Shown one piece after another: positions 35,242 through 43,366 of a stretch of 64,000 nt of DNA. Numbering within the stretch: position 1 is the stretch's first letter; every line of letters starts with the position of its first letter. Source of the DNA: Candidatus Woesearchaeota archaeon (GTDB lineage Archaea > Nanobdellota > Nanobdellia > Pacearchaeales > GW2011-AR1); assembly GCA_964410025.1 (NCBI GenBank), contig CAYPFA010000001.1:223401-287400 (forward strand). The letters run 5' to 3'. The notes under the pieces are model-generated. The model made no database searches. It was given only the letters and a program-made list of their open reading frames with translations, and was not told the origin of the DNA. The translations under genes and the position numbers were made by a program.

Positions 35242-37267
35242 AGTAAGAAAAAGAGATGGAACGGTGGTTTTATTTGATAAAGAAAAAATTACTGATGCAA
35301 TTTGGAAAGCAGCGAAGGCAGTCGGTGGTCACGACAGAGAAAGAGCAGCAAGAGCAACAGAAATTGTTTGTCAAAAACTAAAAGATAAATATGGAGAAAA
35401 CGGCATACCAGAAGTTGAAGAAGTTCAAAACCTAGTAGAATCTGTTTTAATAAAAGAAGGACACGATCAAACTGCAAAAGCTTATATCTTATACCGAAAA
35501 TCCCACGAAGAACTAAGAAATGTAAAAGGACTTTTTGATACAATTGAAGCAGTTGAAGATTATATTGGCCTGAACGATTGGATGGTTAAAGAAAATTCTA
35601 ACATGGGTTTCTCACTACAAGGATTAAATAATTATATTGCAACAAAAATTATTACAAACTATTGGATGAGAAGAGTTTATCCAGAGTCAATGAGAAACGC
35701 ACATGAGAATGGCGAAATTCATATCCATGACCTGGGAACCCTTGGGGCCTATTGCGTCGGATGGGACCTTAAAGATATACTTACCGTTGGATTTACTGGA
35801 GTAAAGGGAAAAGTTCAATCCAAACCAGCAAAACATTTGAGAACCGCATTGGGACAAATGGTAAATTTCTTCTATACTCTTCAAGGAGAGACGGCAGGCG
35901 CCCAGGCTTTTTCTAACTTTGACACACTACTTGCTCCTTTTGTAAAATATGATAATCTGGACTATAACAGTGTAAAACAGGCTATGCAGGAATTCGTTTT
36001 TAATTTAGCAGTTCCAACTAGGGTAGGTTTCCAAACACCATTTACAAATATTACATTAGATTTGAAAGTTCCAAGCTATATGGCAAACGAACCAGTAATT
36101 ATTGGCGGCTTGCCTCAAAAAGAAACCTACAAAGAATTCCAAACCGAAATGGATATGATAAACAAAGCATTCGCAGAAGTAATGGTTGAAGGCGACGCAT
36201 CTGGAAGAGTTTTTACATTCCCAATTCCAACCTACAACATCACAAAAGATTTTGATTGGAGCAACCCAAACTACGACGCTATTTGGGAAATGACTGCAAA
36301 ATACGGAATACCTTATTTTTCTAATTTTATAAATTCAGATATGAAACCAGAAGATGCAAGAAGTATGTGTTGCCGTCTAAGACTTGATCAAACCGAATTA
36401 AGAAAAAGAGGCGGCGGATTATTCGGGGCAAATCCTCAAACAGGCTCAATCGGCGTAGTAACATTAAATATGCCAAGAATAGGTTTCACGGCACAATCGA
36501 AAGAAGACTATTTTAAAAAAGTTGGTGAACTAATGGAACTATCCAAAGAAAGTTTGGAAATCAAAAGAAGAACAATTGAAAGATTTACCGAAGTTGGCTT
36601 ATATCCCTATTCAAAATTTTATCTAAGACAAGTAAAACAAAGATATGGCCAATATTGGAAAAACCATTTTGCAACAATCGGACTTTTGGGAATGAATGAA
36701 AGCATAATGAATTTTATGCCAGGAGAAAACATAGCAACGGAAAAAGGCAAAGCATTCGCTATTGAGGTTTTAGATTTCATGAGAAAAAAACTTGAAGAAT
36801 ATCAAGCGGAAACAGGTAATATCTATAATCTTGAAGCAACTCCAGGAGAAGGAACAACCTACAGATTTGCGAGAATGGACAAAAAAAGATTTGGAAGAAT
36901 CCTTGTGGCTAATGATGAAGCGGTAAAAAAAGGAGCAAACCCTTATTACACAAACTCAACTCAACTTCCAGTAAACCATACGGATGATTTATTTTTAGCA
37001 ATGGAACTGCAAGATGAACTACAAACAAAATACACAGGAGGAACTGTTTTCCACGCATTCATCGGAGAAAGACTTCAAAAAGAAGGAGTAAAAAAACTTA
37101 TAAAATCCATGGCAGAAAATTTCAAAATGCCCTATTTTACATTAACTCCAACATTTTCCATCTGTCCAGTCCACGGATATATACAAGGGGAGCATGAGTT
37201 TTGTCCTAAATGCGATGATGAATCCAGCTACCAAGAAGGAGAAGAATTCAATCTCAGAACAGTCTAA
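35231..37267 (+). CDS. nrdD: Anaerobic (class III) ribonucleoside-triphosphate reductase, large part lacking the glycyl-radical C-terminus
   Basis: N-terminal ATP-cone (VRKRDGTVVLFDKEKI), central NrdD barrel with catalytic-loop MCCRLRLD. It ends CPKCDDESSYQEGEEFNLRTV without the RxxGY motif. Confidence 0.9.
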   Translation: MVNKVRKRDGTVVLFDKEKITDAIWKAAKAVGGHDRERAARATEIVCQKLKDKYGENGIPEVEEVQNLVESVLIKEGHDQTAKAYILYRKSHEELRNVKGLFDTIEAVEDYIGLNDWMVKENSNMGFSLQGLNNYIATKIITNYWMRRVYPESMRNAHENGEIHIHDLGTLGAYCVGWDLKDILTVGFTGVKGKVQSKPAKHLRTALGQMVNFFYTLQGETAGAQAFSNFDTLLAPFVKYDNLDYNSVKQAMQEFVFNLAVPTRVGFQTPFTNITLDLKVPSYMANEPVIIGGLPQKETYKEFQTEMDMINKAFAEVMVEGDASGRVFTFPIPTYNITKDFDWSNPNYDAIWEMTAKYGIPYFSNFINSDMKPEDARSMCCRLRLDQTELRKRGGGLFGANPQTGSIGVVTLNMPRIGFTAQSKEDYFKKVGELMELSKESLEIKRRTIERFTEVGLYPYSKFYLRQVKQRYGQYWKNHFATIGLLGMNESIMNFMPGENIATEKGKAFAIEVLDFMRKKLEEYQAETGNIYNLEATPGEGTTYRFARMDKKRFGRILVANDEAVKKGANPYYTNSTQLPVNHTDDLFLAMELQDELQTKYTGGTVFHAFIGERLQKEGVKKLIKSMAENFKMPYFTLTPTFSICPVHGYIQGEHEFCPKCDDESSYQEGEEFNLRTV

Positions 37268-37287
37268 AGAGGTAAAAAGGAGGTCCA

Positions 37288-37410
37288 ATGAAACAAAGAA
37301 CTAAATGCGAAGTATACAGTAGAATTTGCGGCTACATTCGTCCAGTAGAGCAATGGAATGAAGGCAAGCGTGCAGAATTTACTGATAGATCAAAATTCAG
37401 AGTTGAATGA
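37288..37410 (+). CDS. Stand-alone 40-aa NrdD glycyl-radical domain
   Basis: Not in ORF track because it is too short. MKQRTKCEVYSRICGYIRPVEQWNEGKRAEFTDRSKFRVE carries the NrdD C-terminal SRIxGY...RPV..WN.GK..EF..R signature. It has its own SD aaaggaggt 6 nt upstream, is in a different frame from nrdD, and its stop overlaps the nrdG ATG. Confidence 0.75.
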   Translation: MKQRTKCEVYSRICGYIRPVEQWNEGKRAEFTDRSKFRVE

Positions 37411-38114
37411 AAATAAAATATTTACAGAAGACAACTCTTGTTGATTACGCAGGCGAAATAGCCTGCACTCTTTTTACTTTTGGTTGTAATTTCCGTTGTG
37501 GTTTTTGCTACAACCCCGAACTAGTGCTCGAAGAAAAAACACCCGATCTTTCTCAAGATGAAATATTAAAATTTCTCGAACAAAGAAAAAAATATCTTTC
37601 CGCTATTTGTATAACTGGCGGAGAACCCCTAATTAACATAGATACAGAATTCCTGCAAAAAATAAAAGATATAGGATACAAAATAAAAATAGACACTAAC
37701 GGAAGTTTTCCGGAAAAACTAAAAGAACTAATTGATAAAAAACTTATTGACTTTGTCTCCATGGACATTAAAACAAAAAAACAAAACTACATAACCCTAA
37801 CAAATTCCCTAATTGAAATTGAAAAAATAGAAGAAAGTATGAAAATTATTTCCAATTTAGAAAATTATGAATTTAGAACTACTATCGTTCCTCTTCTGCA
37901 CAAAAAAAATGACATTATAGAAATGCTTGTTTGGCTAAACGAAGTAATTGGTAAAAAGCCCAAAAAATTCTCACTTCAAGGATTCAAAAACAAAGGAAAG
38001 TTTATAGATGAAAATTTTAAGAAAGAAAAGAACGCAACCGAAGAATTTCTTCAAGAAATTAAAACAGAAATTTTAAATAGTGCACTTGCGGAAATTGTTG
38101 AGGTAAAAATATGA
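37407..38114 (+). CDS. nrdG: Anaerobic RNR activating radical SAM enzyme
   Basis: FGCNFRCGFCYNPE cluster motif, ITGGEPL. Sits directly after nrdD. Confidence 0.85.
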   Translation: MKIKYLQKTTLVDYAGEIACTLFTFGCNFRCGFCYNPELVLEEKTPDLSQDEILKFLEQRKKYLSAICITGGEPLINIDTEFLQKIKDIGYKIKIDTNGSFPEKLKELIDKKLIDFVSMDIKTKKQNYITLTNSLIEIEKIEESMKIISNLENYEFRTTIVPLLHKKNDIIEMLVWLNEVIGKKPKKFSLQGFKNKGKFIDENFKKEKNATEEFLQEIKTEILNSALAEIVEVKI

Positions 38115-39181
38115 TAATTGGACTAACGGGAACAAAGGCATCCGGCAAAGGAATTGTTGCAGAAATACTAAAAGAAAAAGGCTTCTTTTACTTATCAACT
38201 TCCGACCAAGTTAGAAAAGAAGCTCTCTCAAGAGGAATGATAAATTATACCATTTCTGATTTACAAAATATAGGAAATGAAATTAGAGAGAAATTTGGTT
38301 CTGAAGAATTAGTTATACGATGTATAAAGGAAGCAAACGAAAAAGAAAATTTAGTTATTGATGGAATTAGAAATCCTGGAGAGGTAAAAGAAATAAAAAA
38401 AGTTGGTGGAATAATGATTTCTATTGATGCTCCTGTTGCATTAAGATTTGAAAGATTACTTTCCCGAAAAAGAGATAGTGATCCAAAAACACTTGAAGGA
38501 TTTAAACAAATGGAAGCAAGAGACCGTGGAGATAAAGAATCGGACAAGGGTCAACAAGTAGACAAATGCATAGAGATGTCAGACCATTTAATATTAAACG
38601 ATAGTACACTTGAAACATTAAAAACAAAAATAGAATATATTTTACTAAAAGAAAAGTCAAAAGACAATTCATCAATAAATCAGGGAGACGGAATTAATGA
38701 TTATAAAAGACCATCCTGGGATGAATATTTTATGGAAGTTTGTAAAGCCATTGCAAAAAGAGCAACCTGCGACCGAGGAAGAAGCGGATGTGTAATCGCC
38801 AAAAATAAACAACTTTTAGTAACTGGCTACGTTGGTTCTCCCATAGGAATGCCACATTGTGATGAAGTTGGACATTTATTTAAAAAAACAATTCACGAAG
38901 ACGGAACAATTACAAATCATTGCGTCAGAACCGTTCATGCAGAACAAAATGCAATTTGCCAAGCAGCAAAATTAGGAGTTGCACTAGAAAATGCAACACT
39001 TTATTGTAAAATGACTCCATGTAGGGTTTGCGCCATGCTAATAATAAATTCTGGAATTAAAAGAGTTGTTTGTGAAAAAAAATATCAAACAGGAAAAGAA
39101 TCCGAAGAAATGTTCGAAAAAGCTGAAGTAGAATTAAAAATACTTAATCCTGAAATAGAAGATTATTCCAATCAAAAATGA
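38111..39181 (+). CDS. Fusion of a P-loop (nucleotide/dephospho-CoA-kinase-like) domain with dCMP deaminase
   Basis: N-terminal IIGLTGTKASGKG. C-terminal half has HAEQNAI and PCRVCA zinc motifs of ComEB/dCMP deaminase. Confidence 0.8.
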   Translation: MIIGLTGTKASGKGIVAEILKEKGFFYLSTSDQVRKEALSRGMINYTISDLQNIGNEIREKFGSEELVIRCIKEANEKENLVIDGIRNPGEVKEIKKVGGIMISIDAPVALRFERLLSRKRDSDPKTLEGFKQMEARDRGDKESDKGQQVDKCIEMSDHLILNDSTLETLKTKIEYILLKEKSKDNSSINQGDGINDYKRPSWDEYFMEVCKAIAKRATCDRGRSGCVIAKNKQLLVTGYVGSPIGMPHCDEVGHLFKKTIHEDGTITNHCVRTVHAEQNAICQAAKLGVALENATLYCKMTPCRVCAMLIINSGIKRVVCEKKYQTGKESEEMFEKAEVELKILNPEIEDYSNQK

Positions 39182-39603
39182 TTCTCAAAATAAAAAAATT
39201 ACATCCCGATGCAAAAATTCCTAGCTATGGGCATCCCGGAGATTCCGGAATGGATATATTTTCCATAGAAGATAAGCTAATCAAGGCGGGCGAAAGAGAA
39301 ATAATTGGAACCGGAATTTCCATGGAATACCCTGAAGGATTTTGCACTTTAATTTGGGACAAATCTGGTATGTCAGGAAACTTTGGAATAAAAGTAATGG
39401 GCGGAGTTTTTGAACATAGCTATAGGGGAGAATATAAAATTATTTTATTAAACACAACAAAACAAGACTACGGAGTAAAAAAAGGGCAGAAAATCGCTCA
39501 AGTTTTGGTTCAACCAATCATTAATGCTACAATCGAAGAATCTCAAGAACTTTCTGAAACAAAAAGAGGCGAAGGCGGTTTCGGCTCAACAGGATTATTC
39601 TAA
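39178..39603 (+). CDS. dut: Trimeric dUTPase
   Basis: PSYGHPGDSGMD, GLIDSGYRGE-like YRGEYKI, C-terminal RGEGGFGSTG. Confidence 0.9.
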   Translation: MILKIKKLHPDAKIPSYGHPGDSGMDIFSIEDKLIKAGEREIIGTGISMEYPEGFCTLIWDKSGMSGNFGIKVMGGVFEHSYRGEYKIILLNTTKQDYGVKKGQKIAQVLVQPIINATIEESQELSETKRGEGGFGSTGLF

Positions 39604-39676
39604 TCTCTATTTCGCTCCCCAACAATCTTTATAAACGCCCTTAACAAGAAATAGCTAATGTTAGTTACTAAAACAA

Positions 39677-40003
39677 ATGAGCTTTCAAAATCAAATCTGG
39701 GACATAGACGAAACCAACCATCAAGATTTTTTAAAAAATAATTTTTCAATTATGCACTTTTTCTCCGAATGGGAAATGGACTGTCTAATGTTTATGCCAA
39801 TCATTGAAAGTATTGCAGAAGAATTTACAGGTAGGGTTTTATTTGGCAAAGTTAATATAGAAGAAGCCGAAGCAATTGCAAAAAAGCATAAAGTCTTCAA
39901 GTCTCCAAGTATCTTATTTTTCAAACACGGAAGCCTAATTGATCGAATAGACAAATTTGATTGCGAAGATCTTTTGCGAGAAAAAATCAATTGTATGTTG
40001 TAG
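39677..40003 (+). CDS. Thioredoxin-fold protein with a single-Cys active-site position
   Basis: Trx-like length and the pattern FFSEWEMDC...VLFGKVNIEE...KSPSILFFKHG. WEMDC replaces WCxxC. Confidence 0.45.
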   Translation: MSFQNQIWDIDETNHQDFLKNNFSIMHFFSEWEMDCLMFMPIIESIAEEFTGRVLFGKVNIEEAEAIAKKHKVFKSPSILFFKHGSLIDRIDKFDCEDLLREKINCML

Positions 40004-40087
40004 GTTTGTTATACTTCTTTAAAAATATAAGATAAATATTAAAGATTTGACTTTTCATAGAATAACCTACGGATTCAAATCCCTGAG

Positions 40088-40155
40088 AATATACGAATGA
40101 CCTCGAGGAAAAAATTTCGCTTTCGATAACATTTTTACGAAGCAACAAACCCCTC
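40088..40155 (-). pseudogene. Second, interrupted copy of the tRNA-Lys(UUU) 3' portion
   Basis: On the minus strand, gaggggtt (40155-40148) and cctcgaggtcattcgtatatt (40108-40088) match the tRNA T arm, acceptor end and trailer. They are separated by a 39-nt insert with the hairpin GCTTCG...CGAAAGC. Confidence 0.65.
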
Positions 40156-40253
40156 GTTCTTCACGAATACAAAATTTTTTGTGGACTTGACGCCTCAACA
40201 GAGGTGATCCCTTTGGGAAACCCCTTGGGGTGAAAATCCAAAAATATACGAAA

Positions 40254-40328
40254 TGACCTCGAGGGGATTTGAACCCCCGGCACCCGGATTAAAAGTCCGG
40301 TACTCTAACCAGGCTGAGCTACGAGGCC
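40254..40328 (-). tRNA. tRNA-Lys (anticodon UUU)
   Basis: The reverse complement folds as GGCCTCG/CGAGGTC acceptor, anticodon stem CCGGA/TCCGG with loop CTTTTAA, and T arm GGGGGttcaaatCCCCT. The first 30 and last 24 nt are identical to tRNA-Lys(CUU). Confidence 0.9.
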
Positions 40329-40486
40329 ATCGTTTTTGATCTCTACTCGCATTAACAAGTAGAATCAGAGCCTTAACATTAAGACCCCAATCCTGGTGAT
40401 TATCTAGAGAAAAATGCCTTTAAAAAATTAACTTATTTATAAAATAACATCATAAACTATATAACCGAAAATATTCAAAGAACTTT

Positions 40487-40882
40487 ATGTTAAAAACAAA
40501 ATCAATCATCGCCCCAATAGAACCATCAGACGGAATCAGAATATCTGTTATGTCCAGACATACGCTCAACGACGGAATAACTCCTCATCCCAAAATAAAC
40601 GCAGAAAACTATGGCACTTGGGACAAAGCACTAGCACCTCCAGAAACACTAATAGGAGATTACTATAAAAGAAAATTACCATGGGAACAGTTTGAAATAA
40701 AATATCAAGAATATATTAGACAGCCCAATTTAAAAACGCAAGTTCAGGATCTGGCACAAAGAAGCCTAGAAACAAACATTACAATCCCTTGTATTGAAGA
40801 TTCACCAGAACACTGTCACAGAAAATTACTAGCAAAAGAATGTCAAAAATATTATCCGGAACTAATTTTAGAAATTAAATAA
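40487..40882 (+). CDS. DUF488 (YeaO-like) family protein
   Basis: MLKTKSIIAPIEPSDGIRISVMSRH parallels the DUF488 N-terminus (YDP-E-DG-R-LVDR). Confidence 0.55.
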   Translation: MLKTKSIIAPIEPSDGIRISVMSRHTLNDGITPHPKINAENYGTWDKALAPPETLIGDYYKRKLPWEQFEIKYQEYIRQPNLKTQVQDLAQRSLETNITIPCIEDSPEHCHRKLLAKECQKYYPELILEIK

Positions 40883-41086
40883 CTAATACTTTCCCCAACT
40901 CACATCTTTCCATGCTCTTTCATGAATAAAAAACAATATCATTTTAACCGCCGTAAGTACTAAATTAAATTTTATAGCTAAATTAAAATTTCCATATATC
41001 GCATAAATAGCCGCAAGAGTAATTAAAAACGAAAAACCTTCCCAGACAACTCCTTTCACTAAACTCCTTTCGTATGTTGATGGCAT
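40883..41086 (-). CDS. Small membrane protein, DUF2061-like
   Basis: RSLVKGVVWEGFSFLITLAAIYAIYG, then a second helix. Confidence 0.4.
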   Translation of the reverse strand: MPSTYERSLVKGVVWEGFSFLITLAAIYAIYGNFNLAIKFNLVLTAVKMILFFIHERAWKDVSWGKY

Positions 41087-41127
41087 TATAATATCAAGAA
41101 ATAGCTATTTTTAATTGTTTGGAAAAT

Positions 41128-41316
41128 TTACTCTTTAGATTCATCCAAATCATCTAAATCACTTTCTGTTTTTTCTAAATCAAACTCTGCTTTTGCAAAT
41201 TTCTTAATCTTCTCATCGCTATCTGCCTTCTTACCCTCAGTTGCAATTAGGTCTGCCGCAAGATCTATATGCTCTTTAGCTAATTCAAGATTTTCTTTGC
41301 TCGAAGTTTTTGCCAT
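41128..41316 (-). CDS. Small acidic helical protein
   Basis: 62-aa ORF, Lys/Glu/Asp rich. No family recognised. Confidence 0.3.
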   Translation of the reverse strand: MAKTSSKENLELAKEHIDLAADLIATEGKKADSDEKIKKFAKAEFDLEKTESDLDDLDESKE

Positions 41317-41354
41317 AATTATAATTTAAATTAGAAGTTTATAAAAGTTTGGAA

Positions 41355-41705
41355 TTATTCCTTTCTAATTCCAACTAAGTAACCAAAAGAATGCAAACTT
41401 CTGACTTTTCTACCAACCAATCCCAAATCATCCGCCACGCTAAAATCCTTATATAAACTTTTAATCACCTCGGGTAAACCCTCAACTCGTTCACATTCGC
41501 CATCAAAATCCACATTAGACAAAAACAATTTTTTCTCCAAACCATCCTCGCCTTTTATAGAAATAGAAAGCGCTTGGTTTTTTTCATCATACAAAGTTTG
41601 AGTAATCATCGCAGGATATTCAAATATCCTGTCTGTATCAACTGCCATCACTCCGCTTTGCCAATGAACTTCTGCTCTATTTTCAGCTACCATAAAATAA
41701 ATCAA
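41355..41705 (-). CDS. Hypothetical protein
   Basis: 116-aa ORF with normal composition. No family recognised. Confidence 0.35.
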   Translation of the reverse strand: MIYFMVAENRAEVHWQSGVMAVDTDRIFEYPAMITQTLYDEKNQALSISIKGEDGLEKKLFLSNVDFDGECERVEGLPEVIKSLYKDFSVADDLGLVGRKVRSLHSFGYLVGIRKE

Positions 41706-41789
41706 ACACTCAAAGAATATAAATGTTTTACTTTAATAAAATAACCTCCTATAAACAACCTAACAAGACTTTATTAAAAACTCACAACT

Positions 41790-41852
41790 CGCACAACGAA
41801 GTTGTGCGCATAATAAAATTTATTTTGCAACACAAATTCAAAAGCAAAATTA
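41790..41852. ncRNA. Double-hairpin element, copy G of a three-copy family (strand and function unknown)
   Basis: CGCACAAC-gaa-GTTGTGCG, then CATAATAAAA, then ATTTTGC-15 nt-GCAAAAT. Same architecture as 44103-44151 and 52447-52494. Confidence 0.45.
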
Positions 41853-41894
41853 ACAACTTCTTTAAAAGAAAATCTAAATCCTATTATAAAGAAC

Positions 41895-42203
41895 TCACTT
41901 ATACTCACGCCAAGTGTGTTTACACTTAGTGCATCTATAGAATTTCGTTTCAGCTTCATCAGAAGAACGAGTTTGAGAAGTCCAGAAATGAGCTTCGGTA
42001 TGTTTACACTTTTTACAAACCGCTTCAACCGTTGGCATTGTGTCAACTTCTTTTTCTTTCATAACAGCAATTTCTTGTTTCTCTTCAACCTTCTCACTTA
42101 TTTTTAAATTCGGTTTTTCCTTCGTAGAATAGTTACATCTAGGACATCCGTAGTTTTTAGTTTTCTGCACAAGAAGCGCACCACATTTTGGACAAAATTG
42201 CAT
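41895..42203 (-). CDS. tfs: Transcription factor S (TFIIS/RpoM-like)
   Basis: N-terminal CPKCGALL...CPRC ribbon and C-terminal CKKC...QTRSSDEAETKFYRCTKC TFIIS ribbon with the acidic hairpin. Confidence 0.85.
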   Translation of the reverse strand: MQFCPKCGALLVQKTKNYGCPRCNYSTKEKPNLKISEKVEEKQEIAVMKEKEVDTMPTVEAVCKKCKHTEAHFWTSQTRSSDEAETKFYRCTKCKHTWREYK

Positions 42204-42227
42204 TTTCTAAAATAACCTTCACGATAT

Positions 42228-42737
42228 TTAAGCCTTTCTATTGAACTTTTCCGCATCAATTAAACTTTGTAAATCTAAATTTCTAAATCTATAAAGCACC
42301 GCCAATGCTGCCCAACCATAAGGCCTACCTAAAATATTCAACTTCACATCATGATATCTCGAAGCCATCTCTAAGAAGTATTTTGTCTGTAAATATGCAT
42401 CAACAACAAAAAGAGTTGATCCCATCCAATCCTCGTTAGTTTTAGGAGTAAAACTTTGGGAAAGCGCATGTTTAATCAAAATAGTATATCTATCATTCAA
42501 ACTTTTTTTTTCTTTCGGATCCAGCTCTTTCAGTAATTCATAACCGGACGCAGTAAATCTATTTGCCTGAAAAACTTTCTGAGAACCATAAAAATAACAG
42601 TACATAATTTCTTCATAACCCGTTCTTCTTTGGCTAGCACCCTTCAAACAACTATTAATCCTTTTTTTATTATTCTGTATATTTTCCAATAACTTTTTTT
42701 CTAGTCTATTTTGCTCTGTAATATTAACACATTCCAC
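42228..42737 (-). CDS. Hypothetical protein
   Basis: 169-aa ORF that overlaps the upstream signal peptidase gene by 14 nt. No family recognised. Confidence 0.35.
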   Translation of the reverse strand: MECVNITEQNRLEKKLLENIQNNKKRINSCLKGASQRRTGYEEIMYCYFYGSQKVFQANRFTASGYELLKELDPKEKKSLNDRYTILIKHALSQSFTPKTNEDWMGSTLFVVDAYLQTKYFLEMASRYHDVKLNILGRPYGWAALAVLYRFRNLDLQSLIDAEKFNRKA

Positions 42738-43335
42738 GTTGGTCCACCGGCTTCATCCAGTCAAAGAAAATTAATTTTATCCATCCGATTGCCGGAACTC
42801 TAAAAACTGCTTTTCCTACAACAGAATCTTGAGTTATGTTTGTTTCATCAGTTTTCCAACAAACCCCACCAGCACTACAGCCGGGAGTTATTTGTCGTAA
42901 ATTATTATCTCCTTTTGTTCCATAAATAATCTTTCCATTTTCTTCTTTAATACTTATAACTCTATGAATTATTGGATTCGCCTGTCCACCATTAAAAATA
43001 ATTACATCTCCTACATTTACATCTTTAGCACCAACTACAAAAATTATATCTCCCTTCGTAAACCCATTTCTCAAAGACCAATCCGTCGTATTTTCAAAAC
43101 TCAAACCATAATCTGAATAAACTTTATTTTTCATAATTATATCCAAATCTTGCGAATGATACATAGAACAGCTCTCAACAATAACTAGGGGCAATGCAGT
43201 CCCTGTAAAAAAAGTTAATACCGGAAAAATTACAAACTTAATCACTATCAATGCAATCACTAGACTAACAAGAAAACTTGGCCAACTATCTTCTTTCAAA
43301 AAATTCCAAAACTTCACAAAAACATTTTCATTCAT
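42724..43335 (-). CDS. Signal peptidase I, archaeal/eukaryal Sec11 (S26B) type
   Basis: N-terminal TM, then VESCSMYHS (catalytic Ser box), GDIIFV and IIHRVI (His box). Confidence 0.7.
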   Translation of the reverse strand: MNENVFVKFWNFLKEDSWPSFLVSLVIALIVIKFVIFPVLTFFTGTALPLVIVESCSMYHSQDLDIIMKNKVYSDYGLSFENTTDWSLRNGFTKGDIIFVVGAKDVNVGDVIIFNGGQANPIIHRVISIKEENGKIIYGTKGDNNLRQITPGCSAGGVCWKTDETNITQDSVVGKAVFRVPAIGWIKLIFFDWMKPVDQRGMC

Positions 43336-43366
43336 AAAATACAGAAAGCTCAGCAGTTTTTAAAGA

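Noticed and set aside
16748-40328. Whether the 23.5 kb between the two tRNA-Lys genes is an integrated element or prophage.
   Set aside because: The interval encodes core functions (SerRS, RFC, RNR, tmk, endonuclease III) and has no integrase, capsid or replication-initiator genes. Only the small scars at the tRNA ends look element-related.
41723-42107. Track ORFs 41723-41929 (+), 41774-42046 (-) and 41916-42107 (+).
   Set aside because: They overlap the tfs gene or the intergenic double-hairpin element. Each is either antisense or out of frame to tfs and has low-complexity products.
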